DNA of 64,000 bases from the human T2T-CHM13v2.0 reference genome, Homo sapiens: the NCBI RefSeq assembly GCF_009914755.1, contig NC_060926.1. The stretch is one strand, 5' to 3'. This document shows, one piece after another, positions 44,108-59,226 of this stretch. The notes below the pieces were generated by a model that ran no database searches, was not told the DNA's origin, and saw nothing but the letters and a program-made list of their open reading frames with translations. The number at the start of each line of letters is the position of its first letter. Within the stretch, counting starts at the first letter, position 1. Made by a program: the position numbers and the translations under genes.

Positions 44108-44793
44108 GTACAGTAGTAATTTGAATAGAAAGACTAAGCTTAGAATTTATTTTCAAATAATAATCCTAAAGGATAATATTTACATAAAAGTACCACTTAT
44201 AAAGCAAAGTGTATTTATGCATTTAAGATGTATGAAGATATGTTATAATCACATGTATTTGAAATCCAAGTTGAACATAACAGAATAGCTACAGCATTCT
44301 TTGTGAGAAACTATTTATCTTATCTAGCTACCGATAAAAGTATTTATTTATGGATTCTGTAGAACAGTAAGTGAAATACCGTGGAACTACAGGAGGTGTG
44401 GAATGAGCTACAGGGACCAAACAACCATCAGAACCCACTAAAATGACAAAACTAGAATGGCAGTTATGTGAGGCAGTGAATCTTAGGTTGGGGGGTTCTT
44501 TTTGCTTTTTCCCTCTAATCAGGAAAGTGACGTGGAAGGATTTGAGTGTGGTTTCTATGTGGCAAGATCAAAAATTGTTTTTGATAAACATTTTAGGAAC
44601 TAACAAGATGATGCTTTTACTTGCTTGTTATCTAAAATTTGTTTTATTTTGGGATCTTCTCACGTAAGACAGATTTATTTGACTAACATTAATTGTGTAC
44701 TCAAAAACTTGTGTGAAGCATAATATTGTATAGTATGTATGTGTGTATATAATAGGGATTTTTATAATCTCATCTGCATGAAAGATGAAAGAA

Positions 44794-45132
<339 letters not shown>

Positions 45133-47755
45133 CTATATAGACATGATAAATGTTATGCAGGTAGATACAAAGAAAACCTATTGTTCTTCTTCCTAATTAG
45201 AATTTGAAAAATTAAAAATTAAAAGAAATTCAAAGAAAAATGAGAATATTTGTTATACAAATTTCCAATTACTATGTACAATCATTTAACACATTATTTA
45301 AGAAAGTATGTATTTAGTTAGGTAGGAATTTTATTTTTTTTCTTAATCTTATAATGAAATAGTACTTTTAAATTTCTATACTTCTCTTCCTTTCAACCCT
45401 ACCCGTGACCAATTTTTCAGTGTACTTGTTTCTAAAGTTTTCCTGTTACGATTTTGGACAGGTGCCTCAAAAAACACCTTGGGTGGTTTATTTTCATTAG
45501 CTTCCAAGAGGGTTATTCAGTAATTGATTTAAAATGCTCTTTTTCTTTATTAAAAAATGTAGAATATCTTTTTGTACTGAAAAGATATTTGTATTTGTTT
45601 TACAAATAATGGACAGTCTTTGAATGTTTACTTAGTGCCAGATTTTGTTTGAAATGCTTTATATATACTTGTAGACATTATTTTGTTTAAGCTAGCAAAA
45701 ATCCTTATAAGTGAAAGTTCTGTTATTATTCTCCTTTTTCAGATATGAAATTGAGTTTTAGAAGTTAAATAACTAGTTCAGATGGGGAAGCTAAGTACTG
45801 TTATAAGTAATAATTAATAAGTGACAAGTAATTCATGAAAAATTAAGGAAGCCTTATGGCAAATTATTTATTATGCTCTTTCAAGTTATATTTTTCAATT
45901 TTTTGTATGCTAAATGTACAAATAGTATTTTATGAAAAATAAAAAGACAATGTTTTAGTTGTTACAAGACTATTATAAATGAATTTTTCTCAACTTTAAA
46001 ATAACTTTCTTGATTTTACTACTAGTAATAATAAAGTTCTCCATTGACATTGCGTTGGCAAGTCAACTTTTTAAAAATCAATTTTAGTAAACCACCTTTA
46101 TCTTCTGACATGTTTAATGTCAAAATAAAACTCCCTGGAAACATCATTTTTATTTCTTTTTTTTTTTTGAAGTACCTAATAGAGGGATGTTTTCCTCTTT
46201 AGCTCTTAAGTTACTCAATTAAAGCTGTAATCCCACAAGCTGTGAAGTGAAAATTTAATTGAATTTAGCTGGTAATGTTTTATTTATCAAGAGGAGATAG
46301 TATAGTAATGATAGTCAGTGGCCTGGGGGTCTGAGGTCTGTGTTCTAGTGTTGCTTACACTAGCTAGCTGGTTGTGTGGCTGAGCCTTGGTTTTCTCTCC
46401 ATAACATAGTGGATCAGAAAGGATGACTTCTGTGGTCTCCCAGCCTTCAGTCTCCTCCTGCTGCTGCCTCTGCTCCTCACATCATTGGCACCACCCACTC
46501 ACTATTTGTTGAACACCCATTGCTAGACACTATACAAAGCAAATGACAGATATTAACTCATGCAATCCTTACAACAATTCTGGGCTATAATTTCAGTTTT
46601 ATTTTTCTTTCTTTTAGTTTTTTTTTTTTTGGTTGGGGATGGGACAAGTGAAAGGGCTAGGAGGGGCTCTATAATTCCAATTTTAGAGATAAGAAAACTA
46701 AGACCAGAGTCTGTTGCTGAAGGTCAACTAGGAATAGACAGAAATTTGTTTAAAAATCTGTTTTTTAAAAGGTTTTGAATGCCTATGCTCTTCACCACTG
46801 TGCCACACAACAGATGAATATAGAAGCCCTCTGAATAGTCAGAAAAACATGAGAGAGTCAGTGACTTGAAAGTCTCTCTATTCTTTAATTGTGGTAGGTT
46901 AGGTCTTAAGCAATTAAGACCTCCTTTCCAAGTCCCCTCAGCCATCTGGGCAGCTTCTGTGAGGCTCAGCTTATCCTGTCCTCTTTTTTGCTCTCTGCTA
47001 TCTCGCCCACAATTAAAACTGCTGCTGCCTACAGAATTTCTTCCTTTCATCCTTTCCATCATTTGGCCAGATGACTTTTATAATGAGGACAAGATGATAT
47101 CTGCCAGGCCATTTTGTTACTTGTGGTATTTTAGGTATCTTCTGGTTAGTGGTCTGTTATATCATATTGAATGAGTGATTGGTGTAGGTAGCCCAGAAAT
47201 CCTGTGTAAGATGTATAAGGCTTGTATTGAGTAATCTATAGGTCAGATGTATCAAATTTTCCTCAGAGAAGCCTTTTTACTAACCACTTGCATTCCTTCT
47301 ACCTTTCTCCTCCATATAAATCCCACACTGACATACATAAGAATGTAGCTACTCAAAATACTCAGAGGCTCAGAACTTTAATTTTAGAGACATATTTTTA
47401 AGAACATTAATGTACCATAAACATTTATTGTGCTGCCAGTTATATGCCAGGTGCTGTGCTAAACACATTTGCATGAATTATCCTATTTGGTAAACTTATT
47501 TATCTGATGGCCTTGTCATCAAGAGTGTCAGCAAATTAGGATATAAAAATATTCTTATTAAATTATTTTATTAAATACTTATATTCGTATGAATTTTTTT
47601 AGTGGACTCTGACATACCTTTAGAAAATTTGTGAACTGGTATTTCTAGATATTAAAGTACTTTTCGTCTAGAACAGTAAAATATTTTTGGATCTCTAAAT
47701 GAAATACCTTTTGTGGAAAAAAGTAATTATGAGGCATTTTCTTCCCTTTTTAAAG

Positions 47756-47860
47756 ATTTTGATGGATCATCAAAATCTGTCAGAACATGTACTCTGCATG
47801 GTTTTATATCTGATTGAATTAGGACTTGAAAATTCTGCTGAAGAAGAATCAGATGAAGAG
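47756..47860 (+). CDS. UBR3: UBR3 coding exon M (105 nt, phase 0-0)
   Basis: ctttttaaag|ATT acceptor, GAG|gtaagt donor; ILMDHQNLSEHVLCMVLYLIELGLENSAEEESDEE. Confidence 0.93.
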
Positions 47861-49009
47861 GTAAGTAGTTTTTATAATTTAAAATTTTTAGATAGGCAGC
47901 CCCTATCTGGCTCCAACCAATTGTTGCCAAACCAGGCATGTTATACTTTTCCTAGTTATGACATACCTTAGGAAAATGTATTTGTGAATTCATCTTGAGG
48001 TGTATTTATGTTTTCATCAGACTCATAAGATCTTTTAAAGAACTACTAGAAAAGGCCCTTTGGGATCTTCAAATACGTACAGTTTTTTAGGGCCTTCATT
48101 GATACATTAAATTCTATTATGGAATTATTGAATTTGAAATTTGTAATTCCTATCACAAAAATTAAGAAAAATGTTTAATGCATTTTTGGTGTTATGCTAA
48201 GAAAATTGATTATTGGCAAACAATTACCAGTAATCAATAAATAACCAGTAAAACTGAAGTTAGGACTTAGCTCCAAAAATTCTAATAATTTGATTAGGGA
48301 TTATTTTTGAGTAACAAATTCTTCCTGTAAAGGTTTGAAGGTAATGGCATGAATATTGTTATATGGGGGAATGTTTAAAGTACTTAAAAGTTGTTACTTT
48401 GTTTCAGGACTTTAGAAGTATTGTGTCCATAAAAGCAATTGTTACTACAAATTAGTTTTACTAATGTGTAAGATTCTCCTCATCTCTTCCCTCCTAAATG
48501 ACAAAATATAACACAGCATAATAATAGCAAAAACAAGTTAAAGAAACCACTTTGTAGTTCTTTGTAGTCCAAGTTGAATCAACATATGTTCTTTCATAGA
48601 TGTTAAAAGGTTATAAAGATTCCTCTATGATTAGTGATACCTTTGGTTGATTTTTCAATTTCCTCCCAATTTGTCCAAATTAGCATTATTTGTATTACTA
48701 ATGGGTGAGGATGAATATTCTGTAATGTTCAGTATTCTAGATTGAAAAATGTATTTAAAAATGTATTTTAAATCAGGAATTTAGCTGATTCCATTGGACA
48801 TACCCATATTAGTATTGAGATATTCCTGCATTTTTTGTTTGAATTTGGTTTTATTATTTAAATTTATTCACTTTATAATTTGTGGATGAGACAATAAGGG
48901 ATTCAGGATTATGATAGGCAGTGGATGATTTTGGGGGGCTTGTTACATCTCCATTGTACCTTGGACGTGATGTGGCAAGACTTGATATTCATTTTTTTTT
49001 TTATTTTAG

Positions 49010-49183
49010 GCATCAGTGGGTGGACCAGAACGTTGTCATGACAGTTGGTTTCCTGGCAGTAACTTAGTGTCAAACATGCGACACTTTATAAACTATGTTA
49101 GAGTAAGAGTTCCAGAGACTGCTCCTGAAGTAAAGAGAGACTCACCTGCAAGTACTAGCTCTGATAACTTGGGTTCTTTACAA
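49010..49183 (+). CDS. UBR3: UBR3 coding exon N (174 nt, phase 0-0)
   Basis: tattttag|GCA acceptor, CAA|gtaagt donor; ASVGGPERCHDSWFPGSNLVSNMRHFINYVRVRVPETAPEVKRDSPASTSSDNLGSLQ. Confidence 0.93.
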
Positions 49184-50403
49184 GTAAGTGTAAATGTAAG
49201 AAAGAAAATAAGAAAAAGCTTTATGTTATGTATGTTATGTTGGGATATACTGTTCCTATAATATCCAAAAGAAAAAAAAATGTGGTTGTAGATAACTTTA
49301 AATTGTCTTTTATTTCCTCTGATATATCTATGTAACTTCTACCTTACCAGTCTTTTTCCCTTAATCTGCCAGAGTTCACGACGGCCTAAAGTTCTTCAAA
49401 GAGAGGTAGATGTGTATGATATTTTCATTAACTAGCAACATGGCTTTAACTGGAAATGGGGAAAAACCGCTTTGAAGTATTTGTGTGTGTATGGGTGTTT
49501 AATTAATATGGTTAAATTTAAAAGAAGGTTTCTTGGATTTATGTGTGTTTTTTTTTTTGACAAAGTGATTTAAGCTTAATATTAAAGAAAATTTATATTA
49601 TTGAGCTTAAAAATAATACTGAGTATAATAGTGTATTTTTCTTATTAGTGTTCAAAGTATTTTGGACCAATTATAGGTAGCATATTTGAGTCTCTTTACA
49701 TTCATCATTGCCACTGTATTACTAACATCTTAAAAATGACTTGGATATTTTCTAAATTAAAATAAATTTAATTGCTAGCAGCATGCTCATTTGCAAATAA
49801 CTTTTTTTTTGCTTCTATGGCAATTAACTTTGATAAAATAAGCCTATAAAGTCTTAAATTCTGTATATTATGGCTTTGGACTCATTTTGAAAATCAGCGC
49901 TCTCATTGCATGTAAGTTAACTTTTAAAAAGCAGTAATGAAAAATCTTGAAATGACATTGTAAGTAAGTAAACTTAAGCAGTTTTAGTCTCCACAACCTA
50001 GATTTTCGTGAGTAGAGAACATTGAATCAGACATTTCTTCTAGTAGAGTCTATTTGTAGGAGCTTTCTTGGTCTTTGACAACGTGTTTTCACTGTAAGCA
50101 AAAACTGGAAACTCTGTAAGAGGCTTTTGCCTCTAATGCTGGTAGAGAGTACTTTAAAAAACAGCTTGGATGTTAAAAAATAGTGTATACTGTCATTTAA
50201 CTCACAAAAGCTCAACTGATATTACAGCATCCTTTCTATGCTCGCTTTTAAAAAATAAATTCATTAAACTGACTCATATCTTAATTAAAAGATGTTTTCT
50301 GAGAGCCCTGGTGCAGTTTGATTGCTTTAGCAAAAAAGCTTTTTAGGAGATGAATTATTGAGGAAAATACTTAGTTTAAAAAAAAAACTGTTCAAAAAAC
50401 AAA

Positions 50404-50426
50404 TCATAGTCCTTGACCCACAAACC
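50404..50426 (+). repeat. Left arm of a perfect 23-nt inverted repeat
   Basis: TCATAGTCCTTGACCCACAAACC, exact reverse complement of 52138-52160. Confidence 0.95.
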
Positions 50427-51071
50427 AAAAACAAATCAAAAACAAATCACAAATCACAGTTTTAATTTCATATTAAAATTTAATAAAACAAATTAAATTT
50501 CATATTAAAATATGAAAGTTTGATTTTTCATCCTTATATTTCAATTTAGTAACTTTAAGCATTTATGTTAGAATTTTCAAACTTTAAAGTTCCTTAAAAG
50601 TGAAATTAATTACTAGTTCAGATTTATTAGCTTAGAAAATTTTTTTAAAAACTAATTTATAATTTTCTTAACTGGAAACTTTAGCAGTCTTCCAGAAGTT
50701 AGTAAGGAGTATCCTATTCTTCATGGATGTTGACCAGAACAGCTTTTCCTCTTTTAAAGTAATGAATAATTTAGTTTATGATTCTCTTTAATATGGCTGT
50801 AGATACTACTTAAGCTTTGTCTGTTTTCAGAAGGTTGAAAAGGAGATGTTACTGCTGATGATCTCCTCCTTATTACTGTTTCTAGATTGAGTGGGATTAA
50901 ATATATTTGAGAGAGAGGTCAAGGGAGAAATTTATTTAAAGAGCAAATCTATTGAATAAATCTTTGTATGAAACTGAGCATTCCCTTTAGAAAATATAGT
51001 ACTAATATGTTTTTAAAATGATGCTAAATAACTTCTCTTGATTTTTCTTTGTTTCTCTTTGTTAATGGTAG

Positions 51072-51532
51072 AATTCTGGTACAGCTCAAGTTTTCAGTTT
51101 AGTAGCAGAACGTAGAAAGAAATTTCAGGAAATCATCAATCGCAGTAGCAGTGAAGCAAATCAGGTGGTTCGTCCCAAAACTTCAAGTAAATGGTCTGCT
51201 CCTGGTTCAGCTCCACAGTTAACTACAGCCATTTTGGAAATTAAAGAAAGCATATTGTCTTTGCTAATTAAACTTCACCACAAACTCTCAGGAAAACAAA
51301 ACTCCTACTATCCTCCTTGGCTTGATGACATAGAAATTTTAATCCAACCAGAAATTCCTAAATACAGTCATGGAGATGGTATAACTGCCGTGGAAAGAAT
51401 TTTACTAAAAGCTGCATCGCAAAGTAGAATGAACAAACGCATCATTGAAGAGATATGTAGAAAAGTGACCCCTCCTGTACCACCTAAAAAAGTCACTGCA
51501 GCAGAGAAGAAAACATTGGACAAAGAAGAAAG
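51072..51532 (+). CDS. UBR3: UBR3 coding exon O (461 nt, phase 0-2)
   Basis: pyrimidine tract then aatggtag|AAT acceptor, AAG|gtaatt donor; NSGTAQVFSLVAERRKKFQEIINRSSSEANQVVRPKTSS...KKTLDKEE(R); includes ORF 51165-51536. Confidence 0.94.
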
Positions 51533-52137
51533 GTAATTTTTATTTTTAATGTTTTAAACGTGTGTATAGTTGAAAATTTGATATTTTCTTCCTTTTGGTC
51601 ATTTGAGGATAATCACCTGGATGTTTAACAGGAACAGTCATAGCTGATTAGTTTGTAACATAAATGGAATGGAGCATAGTCAGTGCTTGTACATGTGATG
51701 TATTGAGTTTATTGATGGACAGGTGAGACTTTCTGACCCCAATGTAAAATTACTACCTTAAACCTGTATGTCTCTTTGGAAAAATTGCTACTGCTTTTAT
51801 TGCTGTAGGGATCTAATAATTCTCTTACTGTTAAAGTTGAACTGTTCAGCTTTAAATGAGAATATTAAAAATATTTAAAATATTTCTCAAAATAAAAATC
51901 CAACTGCTTTAGTTTCTTTTGGTCTTTTCTAATCTTTATTAATATATGATTGCTGATTTTTAAAAAGTGATGTTTTAAAACACATTCTGACTAACTTATG
52001 CTTCTAGCTTTTGGATCTTTAGGTTGCTTATAATTTGTTGTTAAATTATATTTATAAACTTTTTTTTCATCTTTTGACTTTCTTGAAAAAAAAATGGGAT
52101 TTTTTTAAAATCTCAAGATATATACTATGTTATGTGG

Positions 52138-52160
52138 GGTTTGTGGGTCAAGGACTATGA
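52138..52160 (+). repeat. Right arm of a perfect 23-nt inverted repeat
   Basis: GGTTTGTGGGTCAAGGACTATGA, exact reverse complement of 50404-50426. Confidence 0.95.
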
Positions 52161-52849
52161 GCATGGTTTGGTTCTTTTTTTTAGTGGTACATTGTTTGCC
52201 AGAAGAGTTGTGTTACTGTGCATTGTCACAAATTGTTTCCCAAGAGCCTTGTCAACATTGCTGACCCTGCTGTCATAAACATGACAAGGTGAATCTTGAG
52301 AGATTGAAACTCTGCATAATTGTCAAACTCTTGGAAAGGGTTCAGTGTTTATTAAAGAAAAAAAAAAAGAGCATGCCTTCTAATGAGTGTACATAGGCTA
52401 AAAGACCCAGGACATTTAAAAAAAAGATTTCAGATCAAATTCAAGATAGTCATTGCTCACTTCTCTGAGGTTATAAATAATATTCATTGTTTTAATTTCT
52501 TTATTATTTAAGACAAATTTGTCTACCAAAGCAACAATTATAGGGGAAGGGTACACATTTCCCGTTAGGGAGGGTCCAAAGAGATCACATCAATATTATC
52601 TTAATTTAAGAACCTAGGACCTTTATCATCTCAATCTGTTTTATATAGGTAAAAATCATTGTCAACAGAGTTATCTGGACTACTGTTGTGAGCAGTATGA
52701 CTAATACATTATTTAGCAGTTTGAAGTGTACTTTAGAGGTATTTTCTGGATAATTTCATCTTCTTAGTTACTTTTAAAATTAAATATAGGCAGTTATGGG
52801 TTAAATGATCAGTGGAAGCAAGCCTAAGATGGATCTTACTTGATTGATC

Positions 52850-53850
52850 CGTTTCTCATTCATTGGGTGTCAGTCAAGCAGTTTTCTAGACATATCTGTG
52901 TCTGGTGTTGGACTTCCTGACCTCGAGGAATTGATACTATAATGGAGAGACAGACTGGTAAACAGATAGTTTGTTAGTAGTGTTAACATAGTGTAACAGA
53001 TACTATCTTAGGTACACAGGGTGTTAATGGGAGTAGTAGGACATAAGGCTAAGAAGGTAACCATGTATCGTTAACTCGCACAGGGTATAAATGGTTACAG
53101 GGAAACTGTGGAAGGATTTTAAGTGAGGAATAATATATAGGGTAATTACATGAGGGTAGATTAGAGTGGGGTAAGACTGGAAATTGGGAGAGCAAGCTAC
53201 TTAGTCATCTAGTGGGGCAGGTGTGGTAAGGGTCTGAACTAAGACAGTGATGATAATAAAGAGAGGAGGAGATGTGTATGAGATATTTAGCAGGTACAAG
53301 TTGTTAGACTCAGTCATCAGGTTGATGTGAGAAATGAGGGAGATGTCTTGAATGGTGCCCTGATTTCTGACTTGAATAATGTTCCTTTTACCAAGATAAT
53401 GGAGTGTAGGAGGGGTCCCAGGCTCATTAGTAAAAGTGATCTGTTCAGTTCTGGACGCTACTAAGTTTAAGAGGGACACCCAGGTGAAGGTGTCCAGTCA
53501 GATATAGGGTTTAAAACTTAAGGGAGAATTCTTAGAGCTACAGATTTGAGCAGCTAGGTAGTAGTAAATCCTTGTATATGGGAGAAGGTTTACAGTAAGA
53601 AAATGAGAAGACTGAATATAGAACTTAAGGGAAAAACATTAAAGGGAATGACTGAGGAAGGGGTACCTACAAAGGTGACTGACGAAGGGATGGCTGAGCA
53701 GAGTAAGAGAAAAACTGGGGTGAGTGGCATTAGAGAAGTCACAAGAGGAAGTTCAGAAAGCAAGAAACTTATCAAAATTGTTAAGTGCTACAGGAGTTCA
53801 ATAAGATTGGCCATCCTATTTGATTTGTTAGTTAGGAGGTCATCCGTTGG
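52850..53850 (-). mobile_element. Degraded L2
   Basis: purine-rich antisense L2 body; boundaries approximate. Confidence 0.5.
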
Positions 53851-53921
53851 TACCTGTATAAGGAGCAATTTTAGTCACATATATAGTTACACTACATCTC
53901 TGATGTAATTAAAAGTTTGTT

Positions 53922-54186
<265 letters not shown>

Positions 54187-55635
54187 TTATATTAATATAT
54201 GCAAAAGCTTATGGTAGATTAAGAATTTAGGAGAATTCCTAAATTGGAGTTATAAAGAACTAACACAAAATTTGTTTCCGTGGGAGAAAGGACATTCAGT
54301 AACATATAATTCAGATGACCATTCATTAAGTTTGAATTAGTAATAGCCTAGAATGTAATAAATCTACTGACAAAATTAGAAGGTTGAAAATGAGGTAAGA
54401 TTGTTATTTTTGTTAATTAGTGGTCTCTCTTAGTGGTCAGATCCTTCTTTCTGTTATATAATAGTATATCCTTTTATTTTGAAAGAAGATAAACAGTGAA
54501 TCAAAATCTGTTTTTCTTGATTAAGGGAATTTTGTAATTATTACTAATAATGTGATACTGGAGGACATAGTTTAGATGCTGCTTTTACAAAGGCCCTGAT
54601 GCTATTGTAATAAATAATATTCTAAAAATTTTAAAGGCTTTCTTTGTGATAGGTTTTGTTTTCTTTGAACAATGATGGTATTGACAAGGACTTGAAACTA
54701 ATTTTGTAGCAGACAGCTAAGGATTAAGATGACTCTATTTGGATCTCACCGTGCTTCTCACATTTGTCTTTCCTCTGGTTTCGTTTTGGATTTTCATAAT
54801 AAAGGCAGAACAGTTCATAAACACTTAATGAGGATCCATTTCCAAGTACTTCACCTTTAGACAAACTCAGCATCACTTTCATAATAGATTAACTTAATAG
54901 AAAACAAGATGCAAGCAGAAAACATTAGATGGTTGTAATAAAATGCAGCTTCAATGTCTTTAACCCAGGAGTTAATGGAAAATTTTTGAGTTGTCCTGAA
55001 TCTGCCAGAACTTGTATATGTTCTTGTTAATGGCCTTTATTTACATTTATGCCCATTTAGAAAAGCAATAATCTCGATTAAGAAAACATTCACAACAATG
55101 ACATCCCATTTCTGGTTAGTATAGAAACCTGCTATAGAAATGCATTTTAGTATTAGTGTCAAGCAGTTACATTTGAGGTTTTCTTATGTTTAATAGATTT
55201 TTAAAAAGTACACTCTATGGACATATGTATTCTAATTGTAAGTGTACATGTTTAAAGGTGAGCTGTAGAGTGAGTGGCATTAATTAAAGAAGTATGGCAA
55301 AACTTACAGATTTACGAACTAGTGATTCAGAAGACCAAAAATGTAGTCTGTCAATGCTGTTGTTGCTCATAGCATTTTTGGAGGTCACTTAGAGTGCTTT
55401 GAGCATCTAGAGCACATTTTTCTTTGCTTCCATTTCTTCCATTGTGGCAAATATTTGTCCTTTGAGGATGGATTTAATTTTAAAAAGCTTTTTATTTTGA
55501 AGTAATCTTAAACTTACATAAATGGTTCAGGAAGTTCTTTGTACCCTCAACTATCAGAATTAGCAGATTGATAGTGGTATTTGAGTATGATTTAGATCCC
55601 AAGTTTTGATAGTTGTCCCAATAATGTTTGATTTG

Positions 55636-55690
55636 TCTTGTCTTGTCTTGTCTTGTCTTGTCTTGTCTTGTCTTGTCTTGTCTTGTCTTG
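55636..55690. repeat. (TCTTG)11 pentanucleotide microsatellite
   Basis: perfect repeat next to an AluJ tail. Confidence 0.95.
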
Positions 55691-55709
55691 TCTTCTCTTC
55701 TTAATTCAT

Positions 55710-56010
<301 letters not shown>

Positions 56011-56037
56011 CCAATAATATTTCTTTTGTTACTTACC

Positions 56038-56340
56038 TTTTTTTTTTTTTTTTTCGTTTTTGAGACAGAGTCTCTTTCTGTCACCCAGGCTGGAGAGCAG
56101 TGGCGCGATCTCAGCTCACTGCAACCTCCGCCTCCTAGGTTCAAACAGTTCTCTGCCTCAGCCTCCCGAGTAGCTGGGATTACAGGTGCTTGCCACCATG
56201 CCCGGCTAATTTTTGTATTTTTAGTAGAGACAGGGTTTCACCATGTTGGCCAGGCTGGTCTTGAACTCCTGACCTTGTGATCCACCCGTCTCGGCATCCC
56301 AAAGTGCTGGGATTACAGGCGTGAGGCACTGTGCCCAGCC
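56038..56340 (-). mobile_element. AluS
   Basis: antisense Alu. Confidence 0.88.
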
Positions 56341-56979
56341 AGTAATATTTCTTATAGCAGAAAGATCCAGTTCATAATCACTCCTTGCATTTAGTTGTCA
56401 TGCCTCTTTGTTCTCCTTCAATATGGAAGTTTTTGTTTTCATAACCTTGGCACTTTTAAAGATTATGAAGCAGTAGTAACATTGTAGAATATCCCTTAAT
56501 TTGGGATTGTCTGTTTTCCCTTTATGTTTTGACTCAGTTTATACAACTTTGGCAGGAATGTAAATGAAGTGTTGCTGTTTTCTTTTCATTGTATCCCACA
56601 AGCTGTTATATGATTTCAATTTGTTTCATCACTGGTGATTAACTTTGATCATGTCTGCCAGACTTCTTCACAGTCAAATTACCTTTCCCACCCCACTTTA
56701 CAATTAATACGTAATTTGTGGAGAGATACTATGAGATATTGTAATATCCCAATTCATATCAACTTTATATTCATTTATTTTTATCAGTGTGGACTCATGG
56801 GTTCCTATTTTATTTTATGGGTTATAATCTCATATGCTTGTTATTAATTTTGGTGCTCAAATTATTACAGATTTGGCCACTAGGAGTCATGTCAAGCTGG
56901 TTTCCGGGTCCTTTTGATGTATTCCCATCATTCTTTGAGCATATTCCTATTTTCTGGGGCAATAAGATGTTCCAGGCTT

Positions 56980-57318
<339 letters not shown>

Positions 57319-57681
57319 TCAGCCATTTCTCCAAGGAGTCCTGGTTGCTTTTAGGAGAGAATGGTATTTAGAAACCCCAGTCCATGTGTTTATTCTAATG
57401 AAGTATAGCTGTCTCAGGCCCTCTTAGGACAGAGCTGGGGAAAATTGTGTGTGTGTTTCTTTGTTTGTCTGTGTTTGTGTTGGAAGGTAGTGTGAGAGAG
57501 GAAGGGAGAAATTTATATTTAGTTTTATGTCTGACTTTATGTACTGAAAACTGTGAGTTCACTCTGATACTTTCAATTCCAATCCATCCCTCTAGGAGTC
57601 ATTCTTGTTTTCTCTCTTTCTCAGTTTCCAGAGTAACTCTGTAACTCTCTACTTCTGCAGTGAGATACCTGACACCTATAA

Positions 57682-57797
57682 CTCTCTCTCTCTCTCTCTC
57701 TATCTGTGTATCTATCTATCTGGATAGATATATTTAACTTTTTTAGTTAAAAAATTACATATATTTAACTAAAATGTTATATATATATATATATATA
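57682..57797. repeat. Compound (TC)n/(TATC)n/(TA)n microsatellite
   Basis: seen directly. Confidence 0.8.
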
Positions 57798-58795
57798 ACT
57801 TTTTTAAAAATCAACTCCCTTATATATAACCACTTTCTTCTAATCTTTTACCATACAAATGCCCTCCCGTGCCAGGTTGTCGAGTCCTGACACTCTGTGC
57901 TAGGACATGTTCAGAAAGGGAAGAGAGGGGATGGGTAGATTTAATTTTTTGAAATGGCCAACATCATTGAGAGTTAACTTTGATGAATAAGTTGAGTGAT
58001 CAACCTGGATAATAATATTTTGGCTCAAAAACAGTATAAAAGAATTGTTGTTATAAAATAATAAGGCGAGTTTTTTATGTGGATCCTAAATTATCTGTAA
58101 ATGTTAGAAAAGGAGTGTTAACAATTTTTTGAATATTATTGGCAAAAATATGTAACTTCTCATGGTAAAGTGGACCACAGAACTTGACTTTGTAGTTGCT
58201 CCTGATTATCCCCACTAATTTCATGGGAGCAAATGTGTGGATAATTTAAAAATTACTGTATTTCATTCTTCTGAATTTTGTATGTTATATCCTTGAATCA
58301 TATCAGATTAATAGAAAAATACTTTTAGGTTTCCCATAACAGTGATTGCATAGACTCTCAGTTTAACATAATGCTTTGACTTCTATACTGTATAGATATA
58401 ATAAATGGTCATTAAAGAAACTGCTGTAGTATACTCTGTCCATTATGTTCTCATGTCTTCTGTATTATGGGTATGACACAAAGGACATCAGTTCCTCTTT
58501 GAGTTTTGTTCAAGTAAAAATTTATCTCTTCCGTGAACTAACATATAATTTACCTTTTCTAACCTTTCATTTTTTCTTCTTCCTCTCCTTCACTTCTTGT
58601 TTAAATTATTAATTTAACTTTTCCTTACTGGGAGTGAAACTTTATGCTTACTAGTATTGTTAGCATCACATAATCTGAAGAAACCTGTCTCCTTTCTTTA
58701 TTAGTTGACTTATTTTCCTATTCTTATGTTATGGTAACACTGTATTGGTGGATTTTTTTTTTTGGCAACCAGTTGCAATTAAAATATTCTTTGGA

Positions 58796-59226
58796 TGTCC
58801 ATCAGTGATAGACTGGATTAAGAAAATGTGGCACATATACACTGTGGAATACTATGCAGCCATAAAAAAGGATGAGTTCATGTCCTTCGTAGGGACATGG
58901 ATGAAGCTGGAAACCGTCATTCTGACCAAACTGTCACAAAGACAAAAAACCAAACACTGCATGTTCTCACTCATAGGTGGGAATTGAACAGTGAGAACAC
59001 TTGGACACAGGAAGGGGAACATCACACACCAGGGCCTGTCGTGGGGTCGGGGGAGGGGGGAGGGAAAGCATTAGGAGATATACCTAATGTAAATGACGAG
59101 TTAATGGGTGCAGCACACCAACATGGCACATGTATACATATGTAAGAAACCTGTACATTGTGCACATGTACCCTAGAACTTAAAGTATAATAAAATAAAA
59201 TTAGCCGTTAAGCTACAAAAAGAAAA
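58796..59226 (+). mobile_element. Short 5'-truncated L1PA with extra 3' sequence, sense orientation
   Basis: ORF2 end plus 3'UTR; perfect 15-bp TSD aaaatattctttgga at 58781-58795 and 59227-59241 at a TT/AAAA site. Confidence 0.93.

Noticed and set aside
50461-50520. AT-rich direct and inverted repeats (tttcatattaaaatatgaaa)
   Set aside because: Low-complexity AT sequence; expected by chance.
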